Shown here: positions 28,947 to 36,680 of the stretch, in pieces
Position numbering within the stretch: position 1 is the first letter of the stretch
Layout of the letters: every line of letters begins with the position of its first letter
Assembly (NCBI GenBank): GCA_017626145.1
Contig: JAGAJK010000077.1
Coordinates: forward strand, 15,004 to 79,003
Reading direction: 5' to 3'
Length of the DNA: 64,000 bases
Source of the DNA: Clostridia bacterium
GTDB taxonomy: Bacteria > Bacillota > Clostridia > RGIG6154
Position numbers and translations under genes: made by a program
Notes under the pieces: generated by a model
Databases searched by the model: none
Told to the model about the DNA's origin: nothing
What the model saw: the letters and a program-made list of their open reading frames with translations, nothing else

Positions 28947-29031
28947 GCGGGTGTGACGGAATTGGTAGACGTGCAAGATTTAGGTTCTTGTGTCCTTCGG
29001 CGTGGGAGTTCGAGTCTCTTCACCCGCACCA
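28947..29031 (+). tRNA. tRNA-Leu(UAG)
   Basis: GCGGGTGTGACGGAATTGGTAGACGTGCAAGATTTAGGTTCTTG...CACCCGCACCA with a long variable arm and anticodon TAG. Confidence 0.85.
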
Positions 29032-29077
29032 CTTTCCATTATGTATTTATCTGCAATAAGCAGTTAAATAACCAGGC

Positions 29078-29340
29078 TGTACTAACCGGGACGGTAGCGG
29101 TGTCCTGAACCTGCAATCCGCTATAGCAGGGGTGAATGCCCGTTTGAGTTTTATATTTACACGGTCTGCAGTGTTATCTGAAGTGTTGAGGACCGGGTCT
29201 TGCGCAATTGCAATTTGTGAACCTTGTCAGGCGGGGAACCGAGCAGCAATAAACAAAATCTGCAGTGTGCCGCGAGGTAGCCTGATCTGAGTGGACGGTA
29301 ATGCTACGCGTGTGGATATACTGCGATTTCGGGCTGTATA
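29078..29340 (+). ncRNA. ffs: Signal recognition particle RNA (Bacillus-type long scRNA/4.5S, ffs). Boundaries are approximate.
   Basis: GGTAGCGGTGTCCTGAACCTGCAATCCGCTATAGCAGGGG (Alu-domain segment, close to B. subtilis scRNA as remembered) and domain IV TGTCAGGCGGGGAACCGAGCAGC (compare GGUCAGGUCCGGAAGGAAGCAGC). The position immediately 5' of dnaX matches Bacillus. Confidence 0.75.
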
Positions 29341-29364
29341 GCTATAAAAAAGGAGGAGCTGTTA

Positions 29365-30951
29365 ATGGAATATCAGGCATTGTACAGGCAGTTCCGACCT
29401 TCAGTATTCGGAGATATGGTAGGGCAGGAACATATTGTAGCCGCCCTTGTAAATCAGATTAAAACAGGCAAGCTTGCTCATGCTTATTTATTCTGCGGAA
29501 CAAGAGGAACAGGTAAAACAACAACAGCACGTATTTTATCACGTGCCGTAAATTGTGAAAATCTGCAGGGAGCAGATCCTTGTAACGAATGTGAAACCTG
29601 TCGTTCTATAATAAACGGAAGCAGCGTTGATGTTATAGAAATTGATGCCGCTTCAAACACAGGTGTTGACAATATCCGTCAGATAAGGGAAGAGGTTGCG
29701 TATCCTCCTGTTCTGGCTGAATATAAGGTTTATATCATAGACGAAGTACATATGCTGTCAGAAGGAGCATTCAATGCACTTTTAAAAACTCTTGAGGAAC
29801 CGCCGGAGCATGTAATATTTATTCTGGCAACAACGGAATATCATAAAATTCCCGCAACAATTCTTTCAAGATGTCAGCGTTTCGACTTCAGACGTATAAC
29901 GTCAAAAGAAATTCAGGAAAGACTTAAGTATGTTTGTGACAGCTCACAAACTGAGATTGACGATGATGCACTTTCTGTAATTTCTTATGCGGCAGATGGC
30001 TCTATGAGAGACGGTCTGTCAATTCTTGATAAATGTATTTCCTTTACAAACGAAAGAATTACAAGTCAGGAAGTTTCAAAAATACTTGGTATTGTTGATG
30101 ATAATGCAATGTTTCAGGTTGCTGAATGTGTTGCACATAAAGACCTTGAAAAACTGATTGAGATAGTTGAAAATGCAGTTTCAGAGGGAAGAGACCCCAT
30201 ATTATTTACATCATATCTTATCGAGCATTTTCGTTGTCTTATGGTAGCGTCACTTGTTAAAGAGCCTAATGACATATTGCAGATGTCTGATGAACGCACA
30301 AAGAAATTTTCATCTCAGGCATCGCAGTTTACTACACAGAGAATTATAGATTTATTAAAAAATCTTAATAGTATATATAAACAGCAAAAGGAATCACCAA
30401 ATCCGAAGGTTATGCTTGAAATAGGTCTTGCAGAGCTTTGTTCCGATGAGATTGTAAAGGTTGAACAGCCTGTCATCAGACAGCCTGCTCCTGTATACAG
30501 AGCTCCCGAGGCGGTTCAGACCTACGTAGAACCTGAAATTCCTATTCCGGATCAGGCACCACCCGAGCCGGAGGAGGAAGTAATGGCTTCTGTTAGTAAA
30601 AGACCTACAGGTGGAATAGTTGATTCCTGGGGTATGGTTCTCGATGAACTGAAAAGAACAGGGAAAATGATGCTCGCAATGGGTGTTACAATGGCTTATC
30701 CTATGGAAAAAGGTGATAAGCTTGAAGTTGTTTTCAAAACTCAGAATTCTGCTCAAATGAAGTTAATTGATAAGCCTGAAAATCAGAAAGCACTTGAAGA
30801 TGCTTTTTATGAAGTCACGGGTAGAAATATATCTGTAAAATTTGTTGAAGAGGGACGTAAAGAGGTTCCGAATGCAGAAAGGCAAGGCAATGTTATGGAT
30901 CTGGCAAAGCAGTTTCCTGATATTGTTTCTGTAGATGAAAGTGAGGAATAA
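29365..30951 (+). CDS. dnaX: DNA polymerase III subunits gamma/tau
   Basis: AAA+ Walker A GTRGTGKTT, zinc module CNECETC and DEVHML. Confidence 0.92.
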   Translation: MEYQALYRQFRPSVFGDMVGQEHIVAALVNQIKTGKLAHAYLFCGTRGTGKTTTARILSRAVNCENLQGADPCNECETCRSIINGSSVDVIEIDAASNTGVDNIRQIREEVAYPPVLAEYKVYIIDEVHMLSEGAFNALLKTLEEPPEHVIFILATTEYHKIPATILSRCQRFDFRRITSKEIQERLKYVCDSSQTEIDDDALSVISYAADGSMRDGLSILDKCISFTNERITSQEVSKILGIVDDNAMFQVAECVAHKDLEKLIEIVENAVSEGRDPILFTSYLIEHFRCLMVASLVKEPNDILQMSDERTKKFSSQASQFTTQRIIDLLKNLNSIYKQQKESPNPKVMLEIGLAELCSDEIVKVEQPVIRQPAPVYRAPEAVQTYVEPEIPIPDQAPPEPEEEVMASVSKRPTGGIVDSWGMVLDELKRTGKMMLAMGVTMAYPMEKGDKLEVVFKTQNSAQMKLIDKPENQKALEDAFYEVTGRNISVKFVEEGRKEVPNAERQGNVMDLAKQFPDIVSVDESEE

Positions 30952-30954
30952 AAA

Positions 30955-31299
30955 ATGGCAAAAGGAAGATTCCCCGGCAATATGGGTGGAATGAATATGA
31001 ATCAGATGATGAAGCAGGCTCAGAAAATGCAGCAGGATATGTTGAAAATGCAGGAAGAGCTTGACAATTTAACTGTAGAAGGCACAAGCGGTGGAGGAAT
31101 GGTAACTGTTACCGCAACAGCTAAAAAGGAAATTACTTCGGTTAAAATTAATCCTGAAGCTGTTGATCCTGATGACGTCGAAATGCTTGAAGATTTAGTT
31201 CTTTCAGCTATTAAGGATGCCCTTTCAAAAGCTGAAAAGGAATCGGAAAGCCAGATGTCGAAAATCACAGGTGGACTTAACATACCGGGTCTTATATAA
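30955..31299 (+). CDS. ybaB: Nucleoid-associated protein YbaB/EbfC
   Basis: Gln-rich N-terminus, then [24 protein letters not shown], typical of YbaB. Confidence 0.88.
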   Translation: MAKGRFPGNMGGMNMNQMMKQAQKMQQDMLKMQEELDNLTVEGTSGGGMVTVTATAKKEITSVKINPEAVDPDDVEMLEDLVLSAIKDALSKAEKESESQMSKITGGLNIPGLI

Positions 31300-31317
31300 T
31301 TAAGACCCTTCATATAA

Positions 31318-31394
<77 letters not shown>

Positions 31395-31428
31395 GAAAAA
31401 ACGACTTGTTTTGACAAGTCGTTTTTTC
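31395..31428 (+). terminator. Rho-independent terminator
   Basis: aaaaaacgacttgttttgacaagtcgttttttc. Confidence 0.85.
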
Positions 31429-31452
31429 AAGGAATTAAAGTCATATCTCGTT

Positions 31453-31615
31453 TTGTATCAATATTTAAACTGTTTGTTAAAGGCTTCAATGATATTGTTA
31501 GAGATACCGTCTTTAAAGCTTGCAACTTTGATGTGTTTAACATCACATGTGGCTTTGGCTGGTATTTTATAAGCCGAATAATACTCAGTAACAATAAGAG
31601 TGAATGAGAGTTGCA
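31453..31615 (-). pseudogene. Possible transposase remnant (54-codon ORF; the ...DGISNNIIEAFNKQ tail resembles the C-terminus of ISL3-family transposases)
   Basis: Short ORF MQLSFTLIVTEYYSAYKIPAKATCDVKHIKVASFKDGISNNIIEAFNKQFKY directly beside a tRNA gene. No inverted repeats identified. Confidence 0.25.
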
Positions 31616-31714
31616 TCTTTGGTAACTATGTGATATGTTTTTACCTTAAGGAGTTCAAGGTCTCAATTTTCATTTAACTTAACAAAACGATAACAATTCA
31701 AAGGAGATACAACT

Positions 31715-32302
31715 ATGAAAAATATTTTTCTTATTGGGGATTCTATACGTTTTGGAGCAGAACCCAATAGTCCGGGATATGGAGTTTATGTTAAAGAAAA
31801 GCTTGAAGGTAAGGCAAATGTATACCAGCCGGATGAAAACTGTCGTTTTGCTCAGTACACCCAAAGATACATATGGGAATGGACAAACAGCTTTAAAGGT
31901 GAGGATATTGATGTTGTTCATTGGAATAACGGATTGTGGGATGTGTTGAGATTAAAAGGCGAAGAACCTTTCACTCCTGTTGATATGTATGTTCAGGTAT
32001 TAGAACGTGTATATCGTATGATTAAAATATTTATGCCAAATGCAAAAATTATCTTTGCGACCTCTACAGCGGTAGTAGAAGAGTGGGCTGACCCTCAGTT
32101 TATGCGATATAATAAGGAAATAGAAGAATATAATGCAGCAGCTGTTTCTCTTATGGAAAGTCTTGGCGTTGAAGTTAACGATTTATATTCAATTACTAAG
32201 GATTTTGATAATTCCTTGCATTCAGATTGGGTTCATTACGGAGAAGCCGGTTCAAAAATTTTAGCAGACAAAGTTGTTGAAAAAATAGAAAAATACCTTT
32301 AA
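31715..32302 (+). CDS. SGNH/GDSL-family hydrolase
   Basis: N-terminal IFLIGDSIRFG block (GDS(L) motif) and a C-terminal DxxH region (HSDWVHYG). Confidence 0.7.
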   Translation: MKNIFLIGDSIRFGAEPNSPGYGVYVKEKLEGKANVYQPDENCRFAQYTQRYIWEWTNSFKGEDIDVVHWNNGLWDVLRLKGEEPFTPVDMYVQVLERVYRMIKIFMPNAKIIFATSTAVVEEWADPQFMRYNKEIEEYNAAAVSLMESLGVEVNDLYSITKDFDNSLHSDWVHYGEAGSKILADKVVEKIEKYL

Positions 32303-32314
32303 AATATTATTTAC

Positions 32315-32350
32315 ACGCCCTTTGTATGATAATCATACAAAGGGCATGTT
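32315..32350 (+). terminator. Rho-independent terminator
   Basis: cgccctttgtatgataatcatacaaagggcatgttt. Confidence 0.75.
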
Positions 32351-32397
32351 TACTTTTTCTGAAATTTATGTTAAAATTACAATAGGTGGTGAATAAA

Positions 32398-33081
32398 ATG
32401 CATAATAAAAAACAAACACTTACGTGTGTTTTTGCAGTTATAGTCGCTTGTATTCTTATGGCGGTTGTAGACGGCATCTGGCAACCTGTTTATGCTGTGA
32501 AATCAGCAATAAAAATTGTTTTGTTTTTAGCCTTACCGTTTATTTGCGGAAAGCTTTCCGGTGAGCAGAATCTTACATCTCTTTTTAAAGCAAATTCAAA
32601 GGGAATAAAATTTGCACTTTTACTTGGTATTCCTGTATACATATTGATATTAGGCGGTTACCTGCTTTTGAAGGATGTTTTTGATTTTTCTTCAATAACG
32701 GGTGCTTTAACAGGAAATGTAGGAATAAACCGTGAAAATTTTGTGTTTGTTGCAATATATATTTCATTTATAAATTCACTTCTTGAAGAGTTTTTCTTTC
32801 GTGGATTTGCATTTTTAACCCTTAAAAAAACAGCAACACGTAAATTTGCATATATTTTCAGCTCAATCGTTTTTGCTTTATACCATGTGGCAATAATGAC
32901 AGGATGGTTCTCTGTAGGATTATATATTTTAATTATTGCAGGCCTGATTATTGCCGGTCTGATTTTTAATTTCCTGAATGAAAAATATGACAATATTTAT
33001 GTTTCATGGTTTGTTCATATGTTTGCAAATTTTGCTATCAATACCGTAGGCTTTCTCCTTTTCGGTATAATAAGTGTATGA
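32398..33081 (+). CDS. CPBP-family intramembrane metalloprotease (CAAX protease-like)
   Basis: EExxxR motif LLEEFFFRGF, a second His motif FALYHV, and a multi-TM topology. Confidence 0.75.
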   Translation: MHNKKQTLTCVFAVIVACILMAVVDGIWQPVYAVKSAIKIVLFLALPFICGKLSGEQNLTSLFKANSKGIKFALLLGIPVYILILGGYLLLKDVFDFSSITGALTGNVGINRENFVFVAIYISFINSLLEEFFFRGFAFLTLKKTATRKFAYIFSSIVFALYHVAIMTGWFSVGLYILIIAGLIIAGLIFNFLNEKYDNIYVSWFVHMFANFAINTVGFLLFGIISV

Positions 33082-33213
33082 AAAATAATTAGAGAAATTT
33101 ATAAATAACCAATATACAATAATAACTTTTGTCCCTGACTTGACACGAGTAAAAATCCTGTCGAATTATGCTGAATGATGCCAAATAGTGTTGATAAATG
33201 AAGTAAGAAGGAG

Positions 33214-35100
33214 TTGAGTATTATGGCAGAAAAGAAAGAAAAAAGATATGTGAGCGATAATGCTCAACTTATGGCTGAATGGGATTGGGAAAAGAATAAC
33301 GAATTAAACTTCAATCCTGAAAAACTAACACTTGGAAGCAACAAAAAAGCATGGTGGAAGTGCAGTAAGGGGCACAAATGGCAATCCACAATTTTTCATA
33401 GAAATAGTGGTACTAGTTGCCCATATTGTACAGGAAGATACGCCGTTAAAGGTGAAAATGATTTACAAACAGTTAATCCAACTTTAGCGAGAGAGTGGAA
33501 TTATGAAAAGAACAATGGATTAACACCCATGGATGTATTGCCTAATAGCAACAAAAAAGCATGGTGGAAGTGCAACAAAGGACACGAATGGCAAGCATCG
33601 ATATCCAATAGAAATATAGGAAACGGATGCCCTTGTTGTGCAGGACAAATGATTTTAAAAGGCTATAATGATTTACAAACGATTAATCCAACATTAGCAG
33701 AAGAATGGAATTATGAAAAGAACAATGGATTAACACCGGTGGATGTAATGCCTAATAGTGGGCAGAAAGTATGGTGGAAATGTAATAAAGGGCACGAATG
33801 GCAGGCTGTGATAGCAAGTAGAAATAATGAACATGGATGCCCCGTTTGTAATTCTGAACGAAAGACCTCTTTCCCTGAGTATGCACTTGTATATTATCTT
33901 AAAGAATACGGACTGGATGTAATGCATTCATATAGGGAACAGGGATATGAATTGGATATTTATATCCCATCTAAAAAAATAGCCATTGAATATGATGGAT
34001 ATCTCTGGCATAAAAACATAATTAAGAAAGATTTAGAGAAAAATTATAAATGTAAAAAAGATGGAATTGTATTATATAGGATAAGAGAAGGGTTGGCATC
34101 GTTAAGTGATAGTTCTATAGACTATGTTATTCAAAGAAATCAAAAAGATCTGTCAAAAATACTTGCAGAAGTTTTATGCAGGATAGTTGGAACAGATGTT
34201 GATGTTGATTTAGAAAGAGATACTATTGCTATAGAAAATTTGCGAGTATACACGGAAAAGGGAAAATCTATTTTGTTTTCTAATCCGAAAGTAGCAACCG
34301 AATGGAATTATGAAAGAAATGGCAATTTAAAACCAGAACATTTTCCAGCCAATAGCAATAAAAAGGTCTGGTGGAAATGTAATGAAGGGCACGAATGGCA
34401 GGCGACAATTGTTAATAGAAACAAAGGACGCAAATGTCCATATTGTGCGGGCAAAAAAATTTTGGAAAGCTATAATGATTTACAAACGGTTAATCCGAGT
34501 TTAGCGGAAGAATGGAACTATGAAAAAAATAATGGATTAACACCTTCGGATGTATTACCTAACAGTAATAAAAAAGTATGGTGGAAGTGTAGCCAAGGGC
34601 ATGAATGGCAAACTACAGTAGCTCATAGAAATAGCGGGCGTGGATGTCCTTATTGCACACATCAAAAGGTTTTAAAAGGCAATAATGACTTAAAAATAGT
34701 GAATTCGAATTTAGCAGAGGAATGGAACTATGAAAAGAATAATGAACTAACACCTTTGGATGTATTACCTAACAGCAATAAAAAAGTATGGTGGAAGTGT
34801 GGTAAAGGACACGAATGGCAAGCACTGATAGCTGATAGAAACAACGGGCGCGGATGTCCGTATTGCACAGGCAAAAAAGTTTTAAAAGGTTATAATGATT
34901 TGCAGACAGTAAATCCAACTTTAGCAAAAGAATGGAATTATGATAAAAACGGCGAATTAACGCCTATGGAAGTAGCCCCTAATAGCGGGAAAAAAGTATG
35001 GTGGAAATGCAGTAAGGGGCACGAGTGGCAAGCGATAATACAAAATCGAAATCGAGGGCGTGGGTGTCCAATTTGTGCAAAAGAAAAGCGAAGCAAGTGA
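33214..35100 (+). CDS. Multi-zinc-ribbon repeat protein with a central DUF559/Vsr-like (PD-(D/E)xK) endonuclease domain
   Basis: Seven copies of an approximately 61-aa module (KKVWWKC.KGHEWQA.I..RN.G.GCPYC.GKKVLKGYNDLQTVNP.LAEEWNYEKNNGLTP.DVLPNS), three N-terminal and four C-terminal of the core YELDIYIPSKKIAIEYDGYLWH...DGIVLYRIRE. At the DNA level the modules form about 183-bp imperfect tandem repeats. Confidence 0.7.
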   Translation: MSIMAEKKEKRYVSDNAQLMAEWDWEKNNELNFNPEKLTLGSNKKAWWKCSKGHKWQSTIFHRNSGTSCPYCTGRYAVKGENDLQTVNPTLAREWNYEKNNGLTPMDVLPNSNKKAWWKCNKGHEWQASISNRNIGNGCPCCAGQMILKGYNDLQTINPTLAEEWNYEKNNGLTPVDVMPNSGQKVWWKCNKGHEWQAVIASRNNEHGCPVCNSERKTSFPEYALVYYLKEYGLDVMHSYREQGYELDIYIPSKKIAIEYDGYLWHKNIIKKDLEKNYKCKKDGIVLYRIREGLASLSDSSIDYVIQRNQKDLSKILAEVLCRIVGTDVDVDLERDTIAIENLRVYTEKGKSILFSNPKVATEWNYERNGNLKPEHFPANSNKKVWWKCNEGHEWQATIVNRNKGRKCPYCAGKKILESYNDLQTVNPSLAEEWNYEKNNGLTPSDVLPNSNKKVWWKCSQGHEWQTTVAHRNSGRGCPYCTHQKVLKGNNDLKIVNSNLAEEWNYEKNNELTPLDVLPNSNKKVWWKCGKGHEWQALIADRNNGRGCPYCTGKKVLKGYNDLQTVNPTLAKEWNYDKNGELTPMEVAPNSGKKVWWKCSKGHEWQAIIQNRNRGRGCPICAKEKRSK

Positions 35101-35213
35101 AATATCTTGCTTAATGAAAAATCATGTAAAATAATTTATACAAGCCACACATTAAGAATTTATAAAAGCATATCAGAAATTAGCAAATAATAAACACTAA
35201 AGGAGTAAAAAAT

Positions 35214-35795
35214 ATGGACAAGATAGCAACCTACGCGAGCTTTATCGGTGCGGCAGCGTGGATACCAATAATAATAAAACCAATATATAATTATTTTAGG
35301 AAAATACATATTGCACCACTAGACATAAGAGTATTAACTGATGCTTTTGGTATATCTGCAAACAGAAGAGAAAAAAAGCATGGAACTATAATTATGTTAG
35401 CACTTAATATCTATATCAAAGAATTGCCATTGTTTGCTGAGAATATATCTTCGACCGTGATTCTTAAAAATGGAACTAAATTAAAAACAGAATTGTTAGA
35501 CTTCTCAACATTAACGTCAAACAACGATGATAAAACAAAAAGCATATACAACATACATATCAGTCAAGAGTTAAATATAACAAGAACAATACATCCTAAT
35601 GTAGATAATATAAAATACATAGCTTTTCTTGTGGAAAATGCAAATTTCAAATCTCCAGAGGAAATCGATAAAATCAAATTAAGATTGGGAAAAAATAGAT
35701 GGTGGAGCGTTAAGAAATCAACCATTTTGTATGATTCGTTTCCAAAGTTTAATAGCACACATATGTTTGATGGCTGTGAAAAGGTAATTGAATAA
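35214..35795 (+). CDS. Hypothetical protein with an N-terminal TM segment
   Basis: 193-aa ORF with an AAAGGAG RBS. No recognisable domain. Confidence 0.45.
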   Translation: MDKIATYASFIGAAAWIPIIIKPIYNYFRKIHIAPLDIRVLTDAFGISANRREKKHGTIIMLALNIYIKELPLFAENISSTVILKNGTKLKTELLDFSTLTSNNDDKTKSIYNIHISQELNITRTIHPNVDNIKYIAFLVENANFKSPEEIDKIKLRLGKNRWWSVKKSTILYDSFPKFNSTHMFDGCEKVIE

Positions 35796-35850
35796 AGTAA
35801 TTCAGTGCTATGATTTCACCGGCTTTTTACTCGTGTCAAGTTTATACAAT

Positions 35851-35935
35851 TTAAAAGAATAGTTTGCCGATTTTGATATTTACATATACTATCGGGAGCG
35901 AGAAAATCCAGTATTCTCGCGGGTTCTAAAGAATT
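35851..35935 (+). repeat. Copy 1 of a roughly 70-bp structured intergenic repeat (TAGTTTGCCGATTT..TATTTACATATACTATCGG..GCGAGAAAATCCAGTATTCTCGCGGGTTCT)
   Basis: Near-identical to 36440-36510. Contains the hairpin GCGAGAA-N9-TTCTCGC. Confidence 0.7.
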
Positions 35936-36057
35936 TTGCTCAGGAAAAATTTAGTGAAAAAATAGGGAAAAGTTAGTAGGTCCTATTATTCACTGTTCTC
36001 CAGTCTTGACACGAGTAAGAATTGTATCAGAATATATAAAAAAGAGATGATGAATGT

Positions 36058-36375
36058 ATGAAAAACAAAAAGCGTTTTTATCAAATATTAAATATAACAG
36101 GCTTGTTTGTTTGTATAATAGGTTTTGTACTTTTTATTTCGCAAAAACCATTAAACTATTGGTGGTTTGTTATCGCACTTATAGGTGCAATAATGAGTTC
36201 TTTTGCGAATAAAACAGTTTATATTTGCCCTAAGTGCGGTACTGAATTTGAAAGCAAGGACAAAATAATTCTAACTACAGGGAAGTCTGGATTTCGTCGT
36301 TCACTTGCAACTTGCCCAAAGTGCAAAAAAACATTTTTTTGTCGTTCGAAAAGTGTCAGTAAAGCTCATGATTGA
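36058..36375 (+). CDS. Small membrane protein with a C-terminal Cys4 zinc ribbon
   Basis: Two TM helices followed by CPKCGTEFES...CPKCKKTFFC. Confidence 0.5.
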   Translation: MKNKKRFYQILNITGLFVCIIGFVLFISQKPLNYWWFVIALIGAIMSSFANKTVYICPKCGTEFESKDKIILTTGKSGFRRSLATCPKCKKTFFCRSKSVSKAHD

Positions 36376-36439
36376 AAAACACGACGGTGTGGAACTGTTG
36401 TGTTTCGACTCGGAACGATTTCAAAATTTAATATATATT

Positions 36440-36510
36440 AGTTTGCCGATTTATAATATTTACATATACTATCGGATGCGAGAAAATCCAGTATTCTCGC
36501 GGGTTCTATA
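36440..36510 (+). repeat. Copy 2 of the roughly 70-bp structured intergenic repeat
   Basis: Shares TAGTTTGCCGATTT...GCGAGAAAATCCAGTATTCTCGCGGGTTCTA with 35851-35935. Confidence 0.7.
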
Positions 36511-36680
36511 TAAAAATTTCCACAAAATGAGAATGAATTTGAAAAAATTGATAATATTGACAGTTTTATGTGTGATTTGTGCGAGTTAAAATCAATTGTG
36601 AAAAATAATAACTGTTAGAAAATATATCCGTTAAAGCGGGTGAAATACTTGAAAATTCCAATATATGGAGGGTGTGTTAT

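Noticed and set aside
28926-29108. 60-aa ORF on the plus strand
   Set aside because: It lies entirely within tRNA-Leu and the start of the SRP RNA, and is a GC-rich structured-RNA artefact.
33300-35050. Seven approximately 183-bp imperfect direct repeats, considered as a possible repeat array or CRISPR
   Set aside because: The repeats are continuous, in frame and protein-coding (zinc-ribbon modules), with no unique spacers.
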